Positions 1-12,000 of a stretch of 64,000 nt of DNA are shown in pieces (position 1 is the first letter of the stretch; each line of letters begins with the position of its first letter). Where the stretch lies: NCBI GenBank assembly GCA_004022145.1, contig RCNU01000002.1. One strand, 5' to 3'. The translations under genes and the position numbers were made by a program. The notes beneath the pieces are model-generated. The model saw nothing but the letters and a program-made list of their open reading frames with translations, was not told where the DNA came from and searched no databases. The stretch is from Paecilomyces variotii. Lineage: Eukaryota.

Positions 1-1659
1 ATCTTGGTCGTTTGCCTTCTTGGGCGCGTTGCTTTGCTGGGTTTTGGATCTGCATGTTGACGAATTTGATGGTTTACTGGTTTTCTTTCCCTGTTTGTCA
101 CCGATGTTATGAACTGCAAAAATTTCCCCACGTATATGCCCCGACATCCTGTCAGAGTCTTGCATTATGTATGTATCTTATGGTAGTTATGGTGTCATGG
201 TTTTCCTAGAATATAATTCAGAAGTTCTACATTAGCCAATGACCGGCGCTCCGCCAGTATCTCGTAGAGTTGATTTTTGTAACTACGTACTTGTTGTAGG
301 CGCTGAACCATCGGCTCCGTCGATCCCTGTCATGCATGACATTCCGGCTGTGCAGCCATCGTCCCTGAACGGACAGCATATCAATTCTGAGTCTTTCTGA
401 CTCAAAAGTCTTGCATTCGTCATCTACAGCTAGGCAACCGAACTGTCAATACTATCTTGACATCCGCAAGGCTGGAGATTATATCAGCAGTAAATTTTAG
501 TTATCGGCATCCCATGATCCAACAAACTACAGACGACGAAGGGCGGGTATCGTGTCAGCAGCACCAATCGCCCCTCTTCTTTTCACCTGCGAGTTGCGTC
601 AGTGGATCTTAGGGCTGAACCAGCTGGAGGTTCAGAAGCAAGTGCCAACTAGGTAGGTACCTAGTGGTAACTAAGACCCTGACATTTAGTGCTTACGCGA
701 TTCGGTGAGGACCCTGCATTTGGATCATCTCATGCGAATTGCAGACGTCGTCAATTTATTCTTCACCGTCTGTCATAATATCATAGTCAGATATAATTGG
801 TATAAAATCTACGAATGCCTTTCTGTTTGACGGAGACCCTGGATATGATTTCGCAAAAGGCGGTCCATCGGGAAGGAGATATACCACAGGGGAGATACTC
901 GGCACAACTACTCCATAGGTGCCAGACTAAAACTGTGACAAGTCGTTATCGGCCAACAGTTCTCAAATAATGCACGTTGGTTATCTGCTCACCGGCATAA
1001 GCGCTTGTAGCGAGGGGCGCGCCACCTTAGCTGGACTTTGAGCCTCCGATGCTGGGATATCGCGCGGCTGGGGATGAGGGGATTCGCTGTCAATCAGGTT
1101 ATTTTAGCCGGACAGGTGATGCCTAGGTATCGATGAGGCTATAATGTAGATAGCAGAAGATTGACTACGCTGTCGACACACCCTGGCTATCGAGGTATTC
1201 CAAATTGTCTCGATTCTCCAGCTTGATTGGAGCGCGTGATACAACCCTAAGACGAGGCTGATCATGATAACGATAGCTGATAATCAGTCTAGACCCATGG
1301 ACCCTTCTTTTACATGCACGTGGATGGAGACTGCTGCCTTTCCATGGCCATGCGTCTATCCGGAAGCGTTCGTTCCGCAGCAATCGTTATTGACGGTATA
1401 GAACAGACAGTCCCCACGTGGGGGCCTGAAAGCTGGGAAGAAGAGAAGACGCAGTTTTGGATACGTATGAAGCTGAAAATTGGGGCTATCCTATCGGAGC
1501 TGTTGGGATGTTCTTTTCTGTCCTTGAAAGACTGTATATAAAGATGGTACGGTACCTGTGTAGTAGTGTAGTTTGATTGTCCTATCAATTGCTTCTGAAA
1601 CATCTTTCTTTTCTGCTTTCAAGAAATATCTACAGCTTCGAACTCAGGACATAATCATA

Positions 1660-3554
1660 ATGGCTCTAAGTTATCTCCGTCAAGCGCCTCATCTTTCTTA
1701 TCCTCTCAAACGTGCCTTTAGCTTCAAGAGAGGAGTGAAGAAGGACACTTACGACAATGCAGCGCTACCGCCAATTACCGAGAAGTCTCCTGTCCAGGAG
1801 ACTACATCCAAGATACTAGGCTCTACTCCCACTTCGGAGGTTAGAAATGAAGACGATGCTGTGCCAGAGGGCATGATGCGGATACCGGATCTGTTCGTCT
1901 CGTGGGCCGCTCAGAAACCTCGAGTCAATCCGTTCTACGAAGAAGTGAAGCCGCAGGTGGAGGAGTGGTTTAAAGTGTATGATTATGAGTATCCTTTTCT
2001 TTTTTATTTTTCTCTTCGGATCATTTCTTGTTTTGTGTAATGGGTCAATGGATAGATGGGCAAGGGGCTAATTCTAAGTGTGGTTGGAAAAGGAAATGCA
2101 AGCTCGATGGCGCTCAATACAACAAATTCGTCGCTGCAGACCTGTGTTGGTTCGCTGCTGTATGGGCCCCTGATGCCGATAAGGAAGCTTTTCGTCTCGC
2201 GTGCCATTGGGTCGGATGGGTAGGTACCTCTTTTCTTTTCCGTACTTGGCTCTGCCATTGATTGAGGTTGTTATATGCTGACAGAGGGGATCGGAAGGTT
2301 TTTGTCTTCGACGACCGTAGGAATAAGACTGTCCCATACACATTCGATGATTCAATTCGCTCATACCAGAAACAGGCATCGACGAAGGAGTGTTGAAATA
2401 CAAAACAGACATCGTGAGAGAGGAAATCGACACCGCTCTGTCTCGTCTGAGTCCCGATCCAGCACCTTATTCAGAAGAGCAAGGGGAGATGTTGACCTTT
2501 GACTTGATATGCCAGGAGATCAAGAAGGTAGCACGATCAATTTCCAGAGGACCGAGGTTATATATGAGTTCAAGCTGACTTGCTTCTTTCTTTCTCTTTT
2601 CCCATAATAGTGCTCTAAAGGTGAGTCTAAGATTACTTACTTACTACCAACCCAATCTGAAAACTAAACTCAACATAAAACAGGTCTTCAGGAGAGATTC
2701 CTCAAGAAACATCTATTCTACATGAACGAAGTCCTCGAACAGACTGAGCCTGAAGCAATCAAGGCTTCTCATGACCTGGAGTCTTTTATCGACCACCATA
2801 GAGGCTCTGTTGGGATTTATCCGATTTATCCCATACTAGAGTAAGTAGCAGCGGTCATCAAATTATTATATCCAACCTGTCAAAATTAACATGGCATATA
2901 TCGCAGATACTGCAACAACCTCAACCTGCCAGACTACGTATTTGAATCTGCTTCTATACAGAAACTCGAAGCGTTAGCTGCGGAGATCGTTCTGCTGTAA
3001 GATACCTATGCTTTTAGACTATCCCGTTCTATAGCCGCATACTAACACAGGATAATAGAACGAATGATTCAATGTCCTACCTCAAAGAAGCAGTACGTTA
3101 CCATATTAACCCCTCCCCCAACCCCTTTCCACCCACTTCAGAAAGGACAGACCAGTACTGACTAACTCAAACCAGGTCAACGGCGACGAACACAACCTCA
3201 TCATGCTCCTCCGCCAACAAGGCCTGTCCCAAGAAGCAGCCTACCAACGCCTAGGCGAGGAAATCACCCGTCGATACCAAGAATGGTACGTTGCGCTGGT
3301 GGAACTGCCGCTGTGGGGAGAAGAGATCGATACGCAAGTGCAGAGATACGTGGCTGCGTTGCAGGAAACGGTTCTTGCGAATTTGAATTGGAGGTTTGTT
3401 ATTGCCTTTCTGTATATTTTTTTTATGTCTAGTTACTTGAAGGGTATGACGGTTGCTGATGTTGTGTTTGTTTCCTAGTTTCCACACGAAACGCTACTTT
3501 GGAAAGGGAAATGAGATCGCGAGGAAACAGAGGTTGATTAAGCTTATTCCTTGA
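1660..3554 (+). CDS. Class I terpene cyclase, probable sesquiterpene synthase; 10 exons
   Basis: Exons joined by eye: 1660-1976, 2093-2219, 2298-2316, 2376-2527, 2611-2620, 2684-2840, 2907-2996, 3059-3092, 3176-3393, 3479-3554. They give one open frame with the Asp-rich motif VFVFDDRIDE, RGSVG, the NSE/DTE motif NDSMSYLKE, HNLI and the C-terminal WSFHTKRY motif. All introns are GT-AG. Confidence 0.9.
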
Positions 3555-4190
3555 GGAGGGAGTAGAATGGTTTCTCAGATACTAGAAATTGCCTAATTGC
3601 CTTTCCTCCTTTCTTCTCGTCTTTGTGTCGGATTGGGAATTATATATATATGTCTATTTTATATACGAATGAGAAGATCAGATATATAGATTGTCGAATA
3701 TAATGAGGGAAAGCTTCTTGATTTAAGTTTTAGTATCTATCCCCCCCTCTCTCTCTCCTAACCTATAAGATGGGGGAAATACAGCAGTACCCTAGAAATT
3801 ACATTCTCATATCCTCTTCGAACAGAACCAACGACAACAATAATAGGATTAAGCAAGCAACTACATGCTAGAAAGGGAATTCCCGTCAAATTCTATTCAA
3901 GGTCGGGTATACAAACAAAGCTACACAATGAAATGCTTAACTTCCTATAGGGATTTTCCCTTCGTGTCTACCAAACATTCAACACGACCTTTGAGTGTCT
4001 CTACAGTTAATTATTTGGTAGGAAAATACCGTCCTGACTGGCAATAACGAGAAACAACAAGCAAGATAAGGGCATATTCACTTAATCGATATATATTCTC
4101 AACAGAGTCATATTTTCGTATATGAAACCAGAATAGACATACCTAATCTCATTCTATACAACACCTAGTCCCAGCCTTCTCCCTAACCTC

Positions 4191-4964
4191 ATGCACAACA
4201 AACCAACCCGCCCCCTCCACCCCTCCGACACCACCCTCCCTATCCACACGATCCGCATCGCCATCTATACCATCGGTCTATTCCTCTCCTCCGACACGCG
4301 CAGCGGGAGTCACGTCTCGATCTACCTCCTCCCAGGCACCGGGACATCTATCAGACTCGACATGTTCCAGGCCGACTTGACCGATACATTGGGCACGTAT
4401 CGGGTGCGGTGGTGCGAGTATGAGCTTTCGAAGAGGGCGGTGAGGATGTGGGATTTGATGCCTGTGCAGGGGTTAGTTGTGGGGGATGTGTTGGGGATGA
4501 TGGTGGAGAGGGAAAGGGGGGGGGGGGGGCGGTATAGGTTGGCGAGGAATGGGGTGGGGTGTAGGTTTTGGGTGTATGTGTGCTACCTACTTACTTACTA
4601 TACTGTGTTCTTGGTTCTGGTTTTTTTGTGGTTGTTGTTGTTGATTTTCTTTTGGGACTATAAGAGAGAAACAAGGAGTATCGATACTGTAACTAATGAA
4701 ATGTATGTATTGGGTCTGACATAGAAAAACCATCCTCACCGATATAGAGAAATACAACTACATATCATCACCACATAAGTCCACTCAGTCCTGCATTCGT
4801 GAAGGAGTTCCTTACGGTACAATTATTCGAAATCCGCGGAGCCGGTCCTTGATGAGATTGTTCAGGGGACGTTTCTATCTGAGAAGCAGGTTTGCGATGG
4901 ACCGATGGCAAGCTGTGAAGATTTAGGATGTGGCGTGTCGTGTTATGCAGGACTGGAGTTTTAG
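4191..4964 (+). pseudogene. Small fungal hypothetical protein (DUF7770-like), possibly frameshifted in exon 2
   Basis: Exon 1 (4191-4573) has SHVSIYLL...SIRLDM and RYRLARNGVGCRFWV. Intron 4574-4724 (GTATGT...ATAG). Exon 2 continues KTILTDIEKYNYI, but the family-like tail LRYNYSKSAEPVLDEIVQGTF (from 4812) is in another frame. Family assignment is from memory of the motifs. Confidence 0.5.
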
Positions 4965-7728
4965 TTTCTTACTTTGGAGTACGGAGTAGATATGGCGAGT
5001 TTGGTTGGTAACTACCCCGGGTTTCGAATGGTTTGTATGTACATTTTTGGCATGATGGTTGTATGGGATATTGTTTGAATGGGTATGCTTATGCTGTTTG
5101 AGAGATTAACTTGCAAGGAAGGAATATGGAATTATCCAGGAAGAATCTCCTTCGTCAAATGGGAGTACTATTTTGCTAGACGGTAGGATGTCTTTCCGAT
5201 TGGACACTTCAAGTACGTTTCTTGCAAATGCCAACTCGGAGTTAGTTACACATCTCAACTGCCTATTCTGATAGCTATCAAATCAACCCTCCAGAAAAAC
5301 TGCCATAACGAATCGACCAATTAATCAATTGCTTCTTCCATGCTTATCTAACGGTCGAGGTGAGAAACAATCGGATGTTTTAGGCGGACAATATACTCAC
5401 GTGATCGCAGCCACCTGGATGCCGGCGACCACACCTTTTTGGTTATAGATCGGATACCATTTCCATTTCCGGCGAGACATCGCAGCATCAGGTTCCATCG
5501 AACGCCATTTCTGATCCAACTGCTCGAAGAACCGTATTGCTCGGGACTTGCCACTTTGTCATGGTCTTCCACCGCCTACACCACCATTGGCGTGTTGTCG
5601 CTCGCCGCCTGCAGGAATGTTAGAGCGGCAATGGCCGACTACGGTGAAGAGATTTGCGCTCATACTGCTCCCCCTCCATTGGACATGGGGAATTAGGCGT
5701 TCGTCCAGTTTTCGCCCGACGGCCGTCCTTCGGATCTCGCAAAGTCTAGCCAGCCGTCGAAGTGTCTGGATTTGGACCTTTGCTGGGTTCATCGAATGAG
5801 CTGGGGTAGGGTGAATACTAATAGCTGTGGATTATTCCAGCGTTGACGTGGAAGCCAGTCATTTCAAAGCAGTTGCAAAGGACCTGTTTTTCCAGCGAGG
5901 ATTCAAACGGTTTCAAGGATGATCCTGGAGTCGAGAACCTCAGAAGGACATGTTCGCTACAGGGAAGTCACCCGGAGTGTATGGATGGAGGATAGGTCTC
6001 CTGCAGGAACGTGTTCATTCCCGCGGTTCAACTATCCGTCCCGTCGCATGGGTTGTAGTATTCATGACGGACGTTAGAGCCGAGTTGCAGCCATCTCGTA
6101 AACCGATGTCTTACTATGTTGGAAAGTAGAGATATGCGAATCCCGCAAGAGTATACTAATTACCGTTCACACGCGGAAGTCTAAGGCAAGAGCCCGGGAT
6201 TGACAGACCTGGTAGAAAGCACATGCCTCAGGTCTGAGAGGTCATAAAAATTGTAATTGAGCGTCAACCAAGGTTGACAGCATTCGGATGTCGACTGTGG
6301 ACGGTATCCGAAATCGCCCGTCGGCCGACTTGCCCTCCCACGGAGGCCAGAGGCAATACCGTTGATGATTCCGAGGGCTCTTACAAAGAACACTGGTGGC
6401 AGCGTTAGACCTGGAAAAGTCGTCCTGTGGTTCCAGTTGCAGGCTGAAGCCATGATACAACATGGTGGCAACGGAGACGATCGTCCATGGAGCTTTACGA
6501 GAGAGAAGAAGCAAAGAGGAAACGGCAGAGAGGGTCCAGAGGCAGCTGCGCCTCAGACACTCTGGATATGATTCCATATCCCCGTCAAAATGGCTAGAGG
6601 AAGTGTCTGGCTCGAGAGTATTCTAGGATCATGAAGAATGCAGCGGGGACACACGCAACACCGCAATGATCAGAAGGGCAAGCAATGTGATGATCGAAGC
6701 CGATGCGCTTGTTCATTCGATCTTATTGTACGCCGTTCCGCCAGGGCCACACCCTATGGCGATTAAAGACCGACCGGGCCATCGTCCACGCCCATCGAGA
6801 GGGGGCTCCCGTCCAGCCTGCTCCACGTCGCAGTGGGTATGCGAACGCGACTGACTCCAGACTGCAGAGGGATGCTTGAGTTTGCAAGAAGAGCAAAATC
6901 GCGCAGTGGACGCCTGCGAGAAGAATCTGAGGCGGGGAGATCTAGACCGGGTATGGTGGAGAGTGGCCGTTAGGGCTGGCGACCTGTGCTGGAGCGCCAA
7001 GCAGATGTTGAAGTTCGTGGCTTTTGCAGACCAGCAAATAATTGCTCTGGAGTCTGCAGATTCTTCACGGTTTGCACAGTTGCAGAGACTGACTTATCGA
7101 TACGGGCTTGGTCAGTGCCAGATACACGTGGCGCGAAGGCGATTGTCGGCCTGTGAGTAACGATAGTAATTCCAGCCCAGGGACATTGGCCAGGGAGTGG
7201 TCTTGCTTCTCGGTACTGTTGCCGGGATCCAGGAAGCTGGGCAATAGAAAACTCTGAAGGAAGGGGGGATTCTTGCCGTCGAGATGATGAATATGGCCGG
7301 AGTTGGTATAGAGTAGTCCAGAGTGAGTCCACAGAAAGGGATCCGATACTCTATTTCGCATTGAGAATCTGGTTCAATCGCCTTGAGTGGAACTGTTCAA
7401 CTGAACTGAACCGAACCAACATGATCCCCGGGAAGCGCCCGATGGAAACTCGCGGGCCTTAATTGCTCTAGCGCAGGCACAGGCGAGTCGTGCCTGGAGC
7501 CAACGCACGGTACCTTTGGCTGCGTGTCGGCGCTAATATTAGAGGGTTTCGACTTTCTACCAATTGCGCCACGTTCAGGATATCCACGGCACAATGAGGG
7601 CGTCTCCAGGACGGTGTGATATCCCAGGTGTTCATGATTCCAACATCGAGCACTGCGGGTGATCAGGGAGATAGAGTCGGTATAGAGGACACAGCCGAGC
7701 AGAGAAGACTTCCAGAGTTGATCCAGGG

Positions 7729-7749
7729 AATAATAATAATAATAATAAT
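7729..7749. repeat. (AAT)7 microsatellite
   Basis: Direct reading of the sequence. Confidence 0.95.
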
Positions 7750-7907
7750 TACCATTAATAATGAACAAGGATGAAACGAAACAAAGCTCCTGGTTCGGGC
7801 CCCAATGGATGTGCTCCATCCAGCCCCAATATAATCCCATGGACCAGACACGCTTGTGCCTGTGCCACTTCCTCCACTCTCTGCGCCATCCCGTTCTTTT
7901 CTCCATC

Positions 7908-7932
7908 CTCTCTCTCTCTCTCTCTCTCTCTC
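7908..7932. repeat. (CT)12 microsatellite in the pyrimidine-rich promoter/leader of the expansin-like gene
   Basis: Direct reading; lies about 300 bp upstream of the ATG at 8230. Confidence 0.9.
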
Positions 7933-8229
7933 GCGTTCCCTACTTAAGCGTCCGGATCCCACAGGAGCCTCTCTCCTTCTTTCTTGCTCCCCATCCAGAC
8001 AGTCATTCCCTTGTCAATCCTTTGACCGTTTCTTCATTTCACTCCCTTTCGGGTGCACTGCTATCAGTCCTTTCCTGCTGTGCAGAACTTCAGTCCCTCA
8101 GTCCTGCTTGCATCTATCTCTATTGATTCTTGAGTCGCTTGGTTCGATTCGATCTCATTCCCTCACATCACCACTACGCATTGCACCTTTCTTTGAAGAA
8201 ACCGTCAGCTCTTCTCTCTACCAAACACA

Positions 8230-9060
8230 ATGGCTCCTGTCTCCAAGTCTCTCGCCCTTGCTGGCGCCCTCTTCTCTGTCCTCAGCACCGCTCTCCCTCT
8301 GAACAAGCGTGCCGTCGTTTGGGAGACCGTCACTGATGTCGTCTGGACCACCGTCGACACCACCATCACCATCGCCCCTGGACAGACCTTCAGCACCCCG
8401 ACGCCCTCCGCTGGTGACTTCGTCGAGCTGACCGTCACTGCGGAGGCTTCTGCCACTTCCTCCGTGGCCGCCAGCTCCAGCTCCAGCTCTGCTGCTCCGG
8501 TCCAGACTGCTACTTCCAGCCAGGCTCCTGAGGAGTCCTCCTCTGTGGCCCCCGCTCCTTCGACCACTGCGGCTCCCTCGACTACTGCGGCCCCGGCCCC
8601 AGCTCCCACCACTTCTTCCGTCGAGACTCCCGCTCCTCAGCCCACTACCTCTTCGACTACCTCCTCCTCGACCACCTCCAGCGCTCCCGCTGCCTCCAGC
8701 AGCTCTAGCTCCAGCAGCGGCAGCAGCGGCTACAGTGGCCAGTGTGACGAGAGCTCGCCTTGCTCCGGTGACGGTACCTACTACGACACTGCCACCCTCG
8801 TTACCAACCCCAGCTCTTGCGGCACCACCAACGACGGCCTCACCGAGAACGTTCTGGCCCTCCCCGTTGGCCTGATGAGCGAGGAGTACTGTGGCAAGAC
8901 CGTCACCGTCAGCTACAACGGCAAGACCGCTCAGGGTACCGTCGTCGACAAGTGCATGGGATGCGAGGGCGACTCCATCGACCTGTCCCGTCACTTCTTC
9001 TCCTCTCTGGCTGACCTCGCCGAGGGCCGTCTCACCGACGTCAAGTGGTACATCAACTAA
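8230..9060 (+). CDS. Secreted expansin-like / allergen Asp f 7-like protein (RlpA-like double-psi beta-barrel domain)
   Basis: Single exon, 276 aa. Signal peptide, KR processing site and a long Ser/Thr/Pro/Ala linker, then GDGTYY...SCG...VLALP...CGKTVTV...VVDKCMGC...IDLS typical of DPBB/expansin-like proteins. Strong C-ending codon bias. Confidence 0.92.
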   Translation: MAPVSKSLALAGALFSVLSTALPLNKRAVVWETVTDVVWTTVDTTITIAPGQTFSTPTPSAGDFVELTVTAEASATSSVAASSSSSSAAPVQTATSSQAPEESSSVAPAPSTTAAPSTTAAPAPAPTTSSVETPAPQPTTSSTTSSSTTSSAPAASSSSSSSSGSSGYSGQCDESSPCSGDGTYYDTATLVTNPSSCGTTNDGLTENVLALPVGLMSEEYCGKTVTVSYNGKTAQGTVVDKCMGCEGDSIDLSRHFFSSLADLAEGRLTDVKWYIN

Positions 9061-12000
9061 GATCGACTCTGTGGACGGATCGGTCTGGTACCTAGCTCGT
9101 AGACATGAACCTGGACGGGCTGGGCCGGTATAGGACATTTTCATTCAACACTTTTACTCTTCGTCTTCTACTCGAAGTTCCCCAAGTTGGGACTTCGCGG
9201 CGATCACAGTCCGGGCTCGATGGCTCAGGACCGGGATCTTTTCTTTCCGTGTGAATAGACTTTCATTCGATTTTTTTGTCATCTATTAACAGAAACAAAA
9301 ACGGAAGCATCTGGATTGATGCGACGAGAGACGTATACACGTCGTCTCGCAGTTTTCACTTTTTCGGGCTCTTCTTCGCTTCTTCTGTCATTCTTTTCTA
9401 GGACATGTTGAACATGGCCGGAACATAGAAAAAGTGCCCTGCAAGATCGGGACACAGGCGCAACGAAACGGGTTACCGGGAAATGGGATTCGGGAACTTT
9501 TCTCCCAGTGGAGAATGGACCCGAGGGCAATGTCAAATGTTCAAATATGTCTTAGGCTGTTCTAACGAAGCATACGAGAGAAAAATTGTATCTGATTTGA
9601 CCAGAGTGCTTTTTCTAGTAGGCTATTCACGTCGATCGTCGTAACACCGGGCGTCAAGTTTTCTGTAGATATCCCGCCCTGCGCTTCTGGCAACGATAGT
9701 CAGGAACCGGGCCTGCCGATCGGCGGCAACTCGGAGGGGCTTTCGAACAGTGCGTCAGCCCTCTCAGGCTTTCATTCAGCCCAGCTAAACACCCCCTTAA
9801 AAGGCATATCATAAATGAGAAAATGACCGGTCTTAGCTAGGTACTTTCTATATTTACCCACACCCCTTTTTTTTCATCTGAATTCGATATATGTATACGT
9901 CACGTCATCTAACTAGGTTTCTTGTTCGCGAATAATGAGCCAGGAGTCGAAATAAAGATCTGTCACATTCCATTCTATGGATTAAAGTATAACGTTGTCT
10001 GCAGGTATATTGATAAGATAGAATAAATGCCAAGTGGAATATTGATAGGTTGACTAGCTGATCAACTCGTCTTGTCTTGTCTTGTCTTGTATAGCGATGC
10101 GCTCTCTATGGGTTTTGATTTTCTGTAGAGTATTACTGTACTTAATTACATCCTAGGTACTTGGAGAAGTGTATATCGTTAATAATAATAATAGTGTAAT
10201 AACTAGTCACCTAGCTAGGATATAATCCTTCTTATTATTGTACATGTGTTGGATTTTCTCGAGGCTGAGGCGCAGGGCCGCGTAAGTAACAATAATTCCT
10301 GCTTGCTATAAGCCTAAGGTTAAGGGAGGCTAAGCTTCCCAGTCAGGAACCGCATCGCGCGCCGGTGTTTCGGGGAGAAAGTTTATTATACCGTACCATA
10401 CGTTAACTATTCCAGGCGATAGGTAATTGGCTTTGGTTTTGTTTGATTTGATTTGCTATGTGTTATTTATCATATTAGAGGTGTGATTGGGTTTATAGTA
10501 GATAGTACTCTGGTTCAGATTCGATTTTTTTGGTATATCTGAAGAGTAAATGGGGTAATTTAGGTCGTTGTTTTGATGCGATATGTCGCTGGTTAAAGAA
10601 AGGACTACAGTACATACTGATAGGAGATGGGCATAATTATCTTGTAAGTCTAGAATAGTCCGTGTGATAATAGTTAGTTATTTACGCTGTATTTTCTCGA
10701 AACCGGCTGGCTGGCTAGCTGGCTATCCCCAAATCTTCATCCAATCTGACTTAAAACCTCGTTGTTTGCTGTCGCTCGTTCCTCTGGGCTGGACATTAAC
10801 GTCCTTTGAAGTATAATATCTAGGATAGTCACGCTCTTATCTTACTATGTATCTTTACATATGCCGTCTTTCTGCCGCTGTACTCATATGCATGTACACC
10901 CCGCTTGAAATAATCCTCAAAGAGACCAACAAAACAAGTTGATTATTCTTTGACTCTCCTCTTTCTTCGAAAATAAAATACTCTCACCGTGCCTCCCACT
11001 TACTTAAGTTATCCCATCACTTAACAGTCCAATGGCATCCGCCTCGCCTGCTTAGAAGACGTATCATCTACCGTAGCAAGAGTCGCGTCAAATAGCGATC
11101 GCGAGACGAAGATATGCGCCTCAGTGGGTATGATTTCGTGACCTTTTTTTTTTCTTTTCCGAACCATACTGGCGCATCTCCATGAGAAGAAACGCCAGGT
11201 AGGTAGGAGAGGTAGTCGCATGCATAACTACCTAAGCTCCGCGCAGGGCTTACTGAACTTTTCGTAGAAACTTTTCTTCGATGGAGATGCTATCGAAGCT
11301 AGTCAGCTGGGATCCGTATCAAGAATGTTTTTTCAAGATGGAGATCTAACTAAAACTCGCTATTAGTATACATCTTCCAGTGCTTGTGAGCTTTACTAGT
11401 AACAATATGAGAGGTAGTTAGTTATATATGCAGAGATCAGCATAGAGTTCTACTCGATTATTAAACTCGTTTTACGATGAATACTTATACGTCAACAGCA
11501 AGGATAAGCTAAGCAATAATAATAGAGCATGTTATGCTAGCGATGTGACCAGTTCCTATTCCGTGGGATGGTGGGAAAGTTGAAAGATAATAGACATCAG
11601 TTCGTTTATGTTGCTGTATCTGTTCATATAGTGAGATATGAGCTGTGAGATTGCAGCAGCATATAGAGTGTAATCAGATGCATTTTTGGTCAGGTCTGTT
11701 TTTCCAAACACAAGTACGACCACATAATCTGAAAGAGGTAGTTGCTTGGATGATTTCCTCAAAGATCTCGAATTGATGCAGGGTGTAACGGATCGTAAGT
11801 GTATCTAGCTACTAAAAGAGTTTAGTAATCCTAGAGGATCGCTCAATATTTTAACTTCTGACATGTATCCCGTTGGGGATCACCTCTTTCGGGATATCGA
11901 ACGAATTCAAATGTCAAGTGGGCCTATGCATAGAAAAGCCCAACATCATTAGGCGTTAGCCATGAGAGAGATATTTCGACGTGAGTCTTCTTTTTCACTG

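Noticed and set aside
8141-8156. GGTTCGATTC resembling a tRNA T-loop / B box
   Set aside because: No cloverleaf stems around it; it lies in the leader of a protein-coding gene.
7663-8302. ORFs with RERERE or LSLSLS runs
   Set aside because: Produced by the (CT)n microsatellite in a promoter region.
8218-9144. 308-aa ORF antisense to the expansin-like gene
   Set aside because: Shadow ORF from GC-rich, C-ending codons; low-complexity product with no domain.
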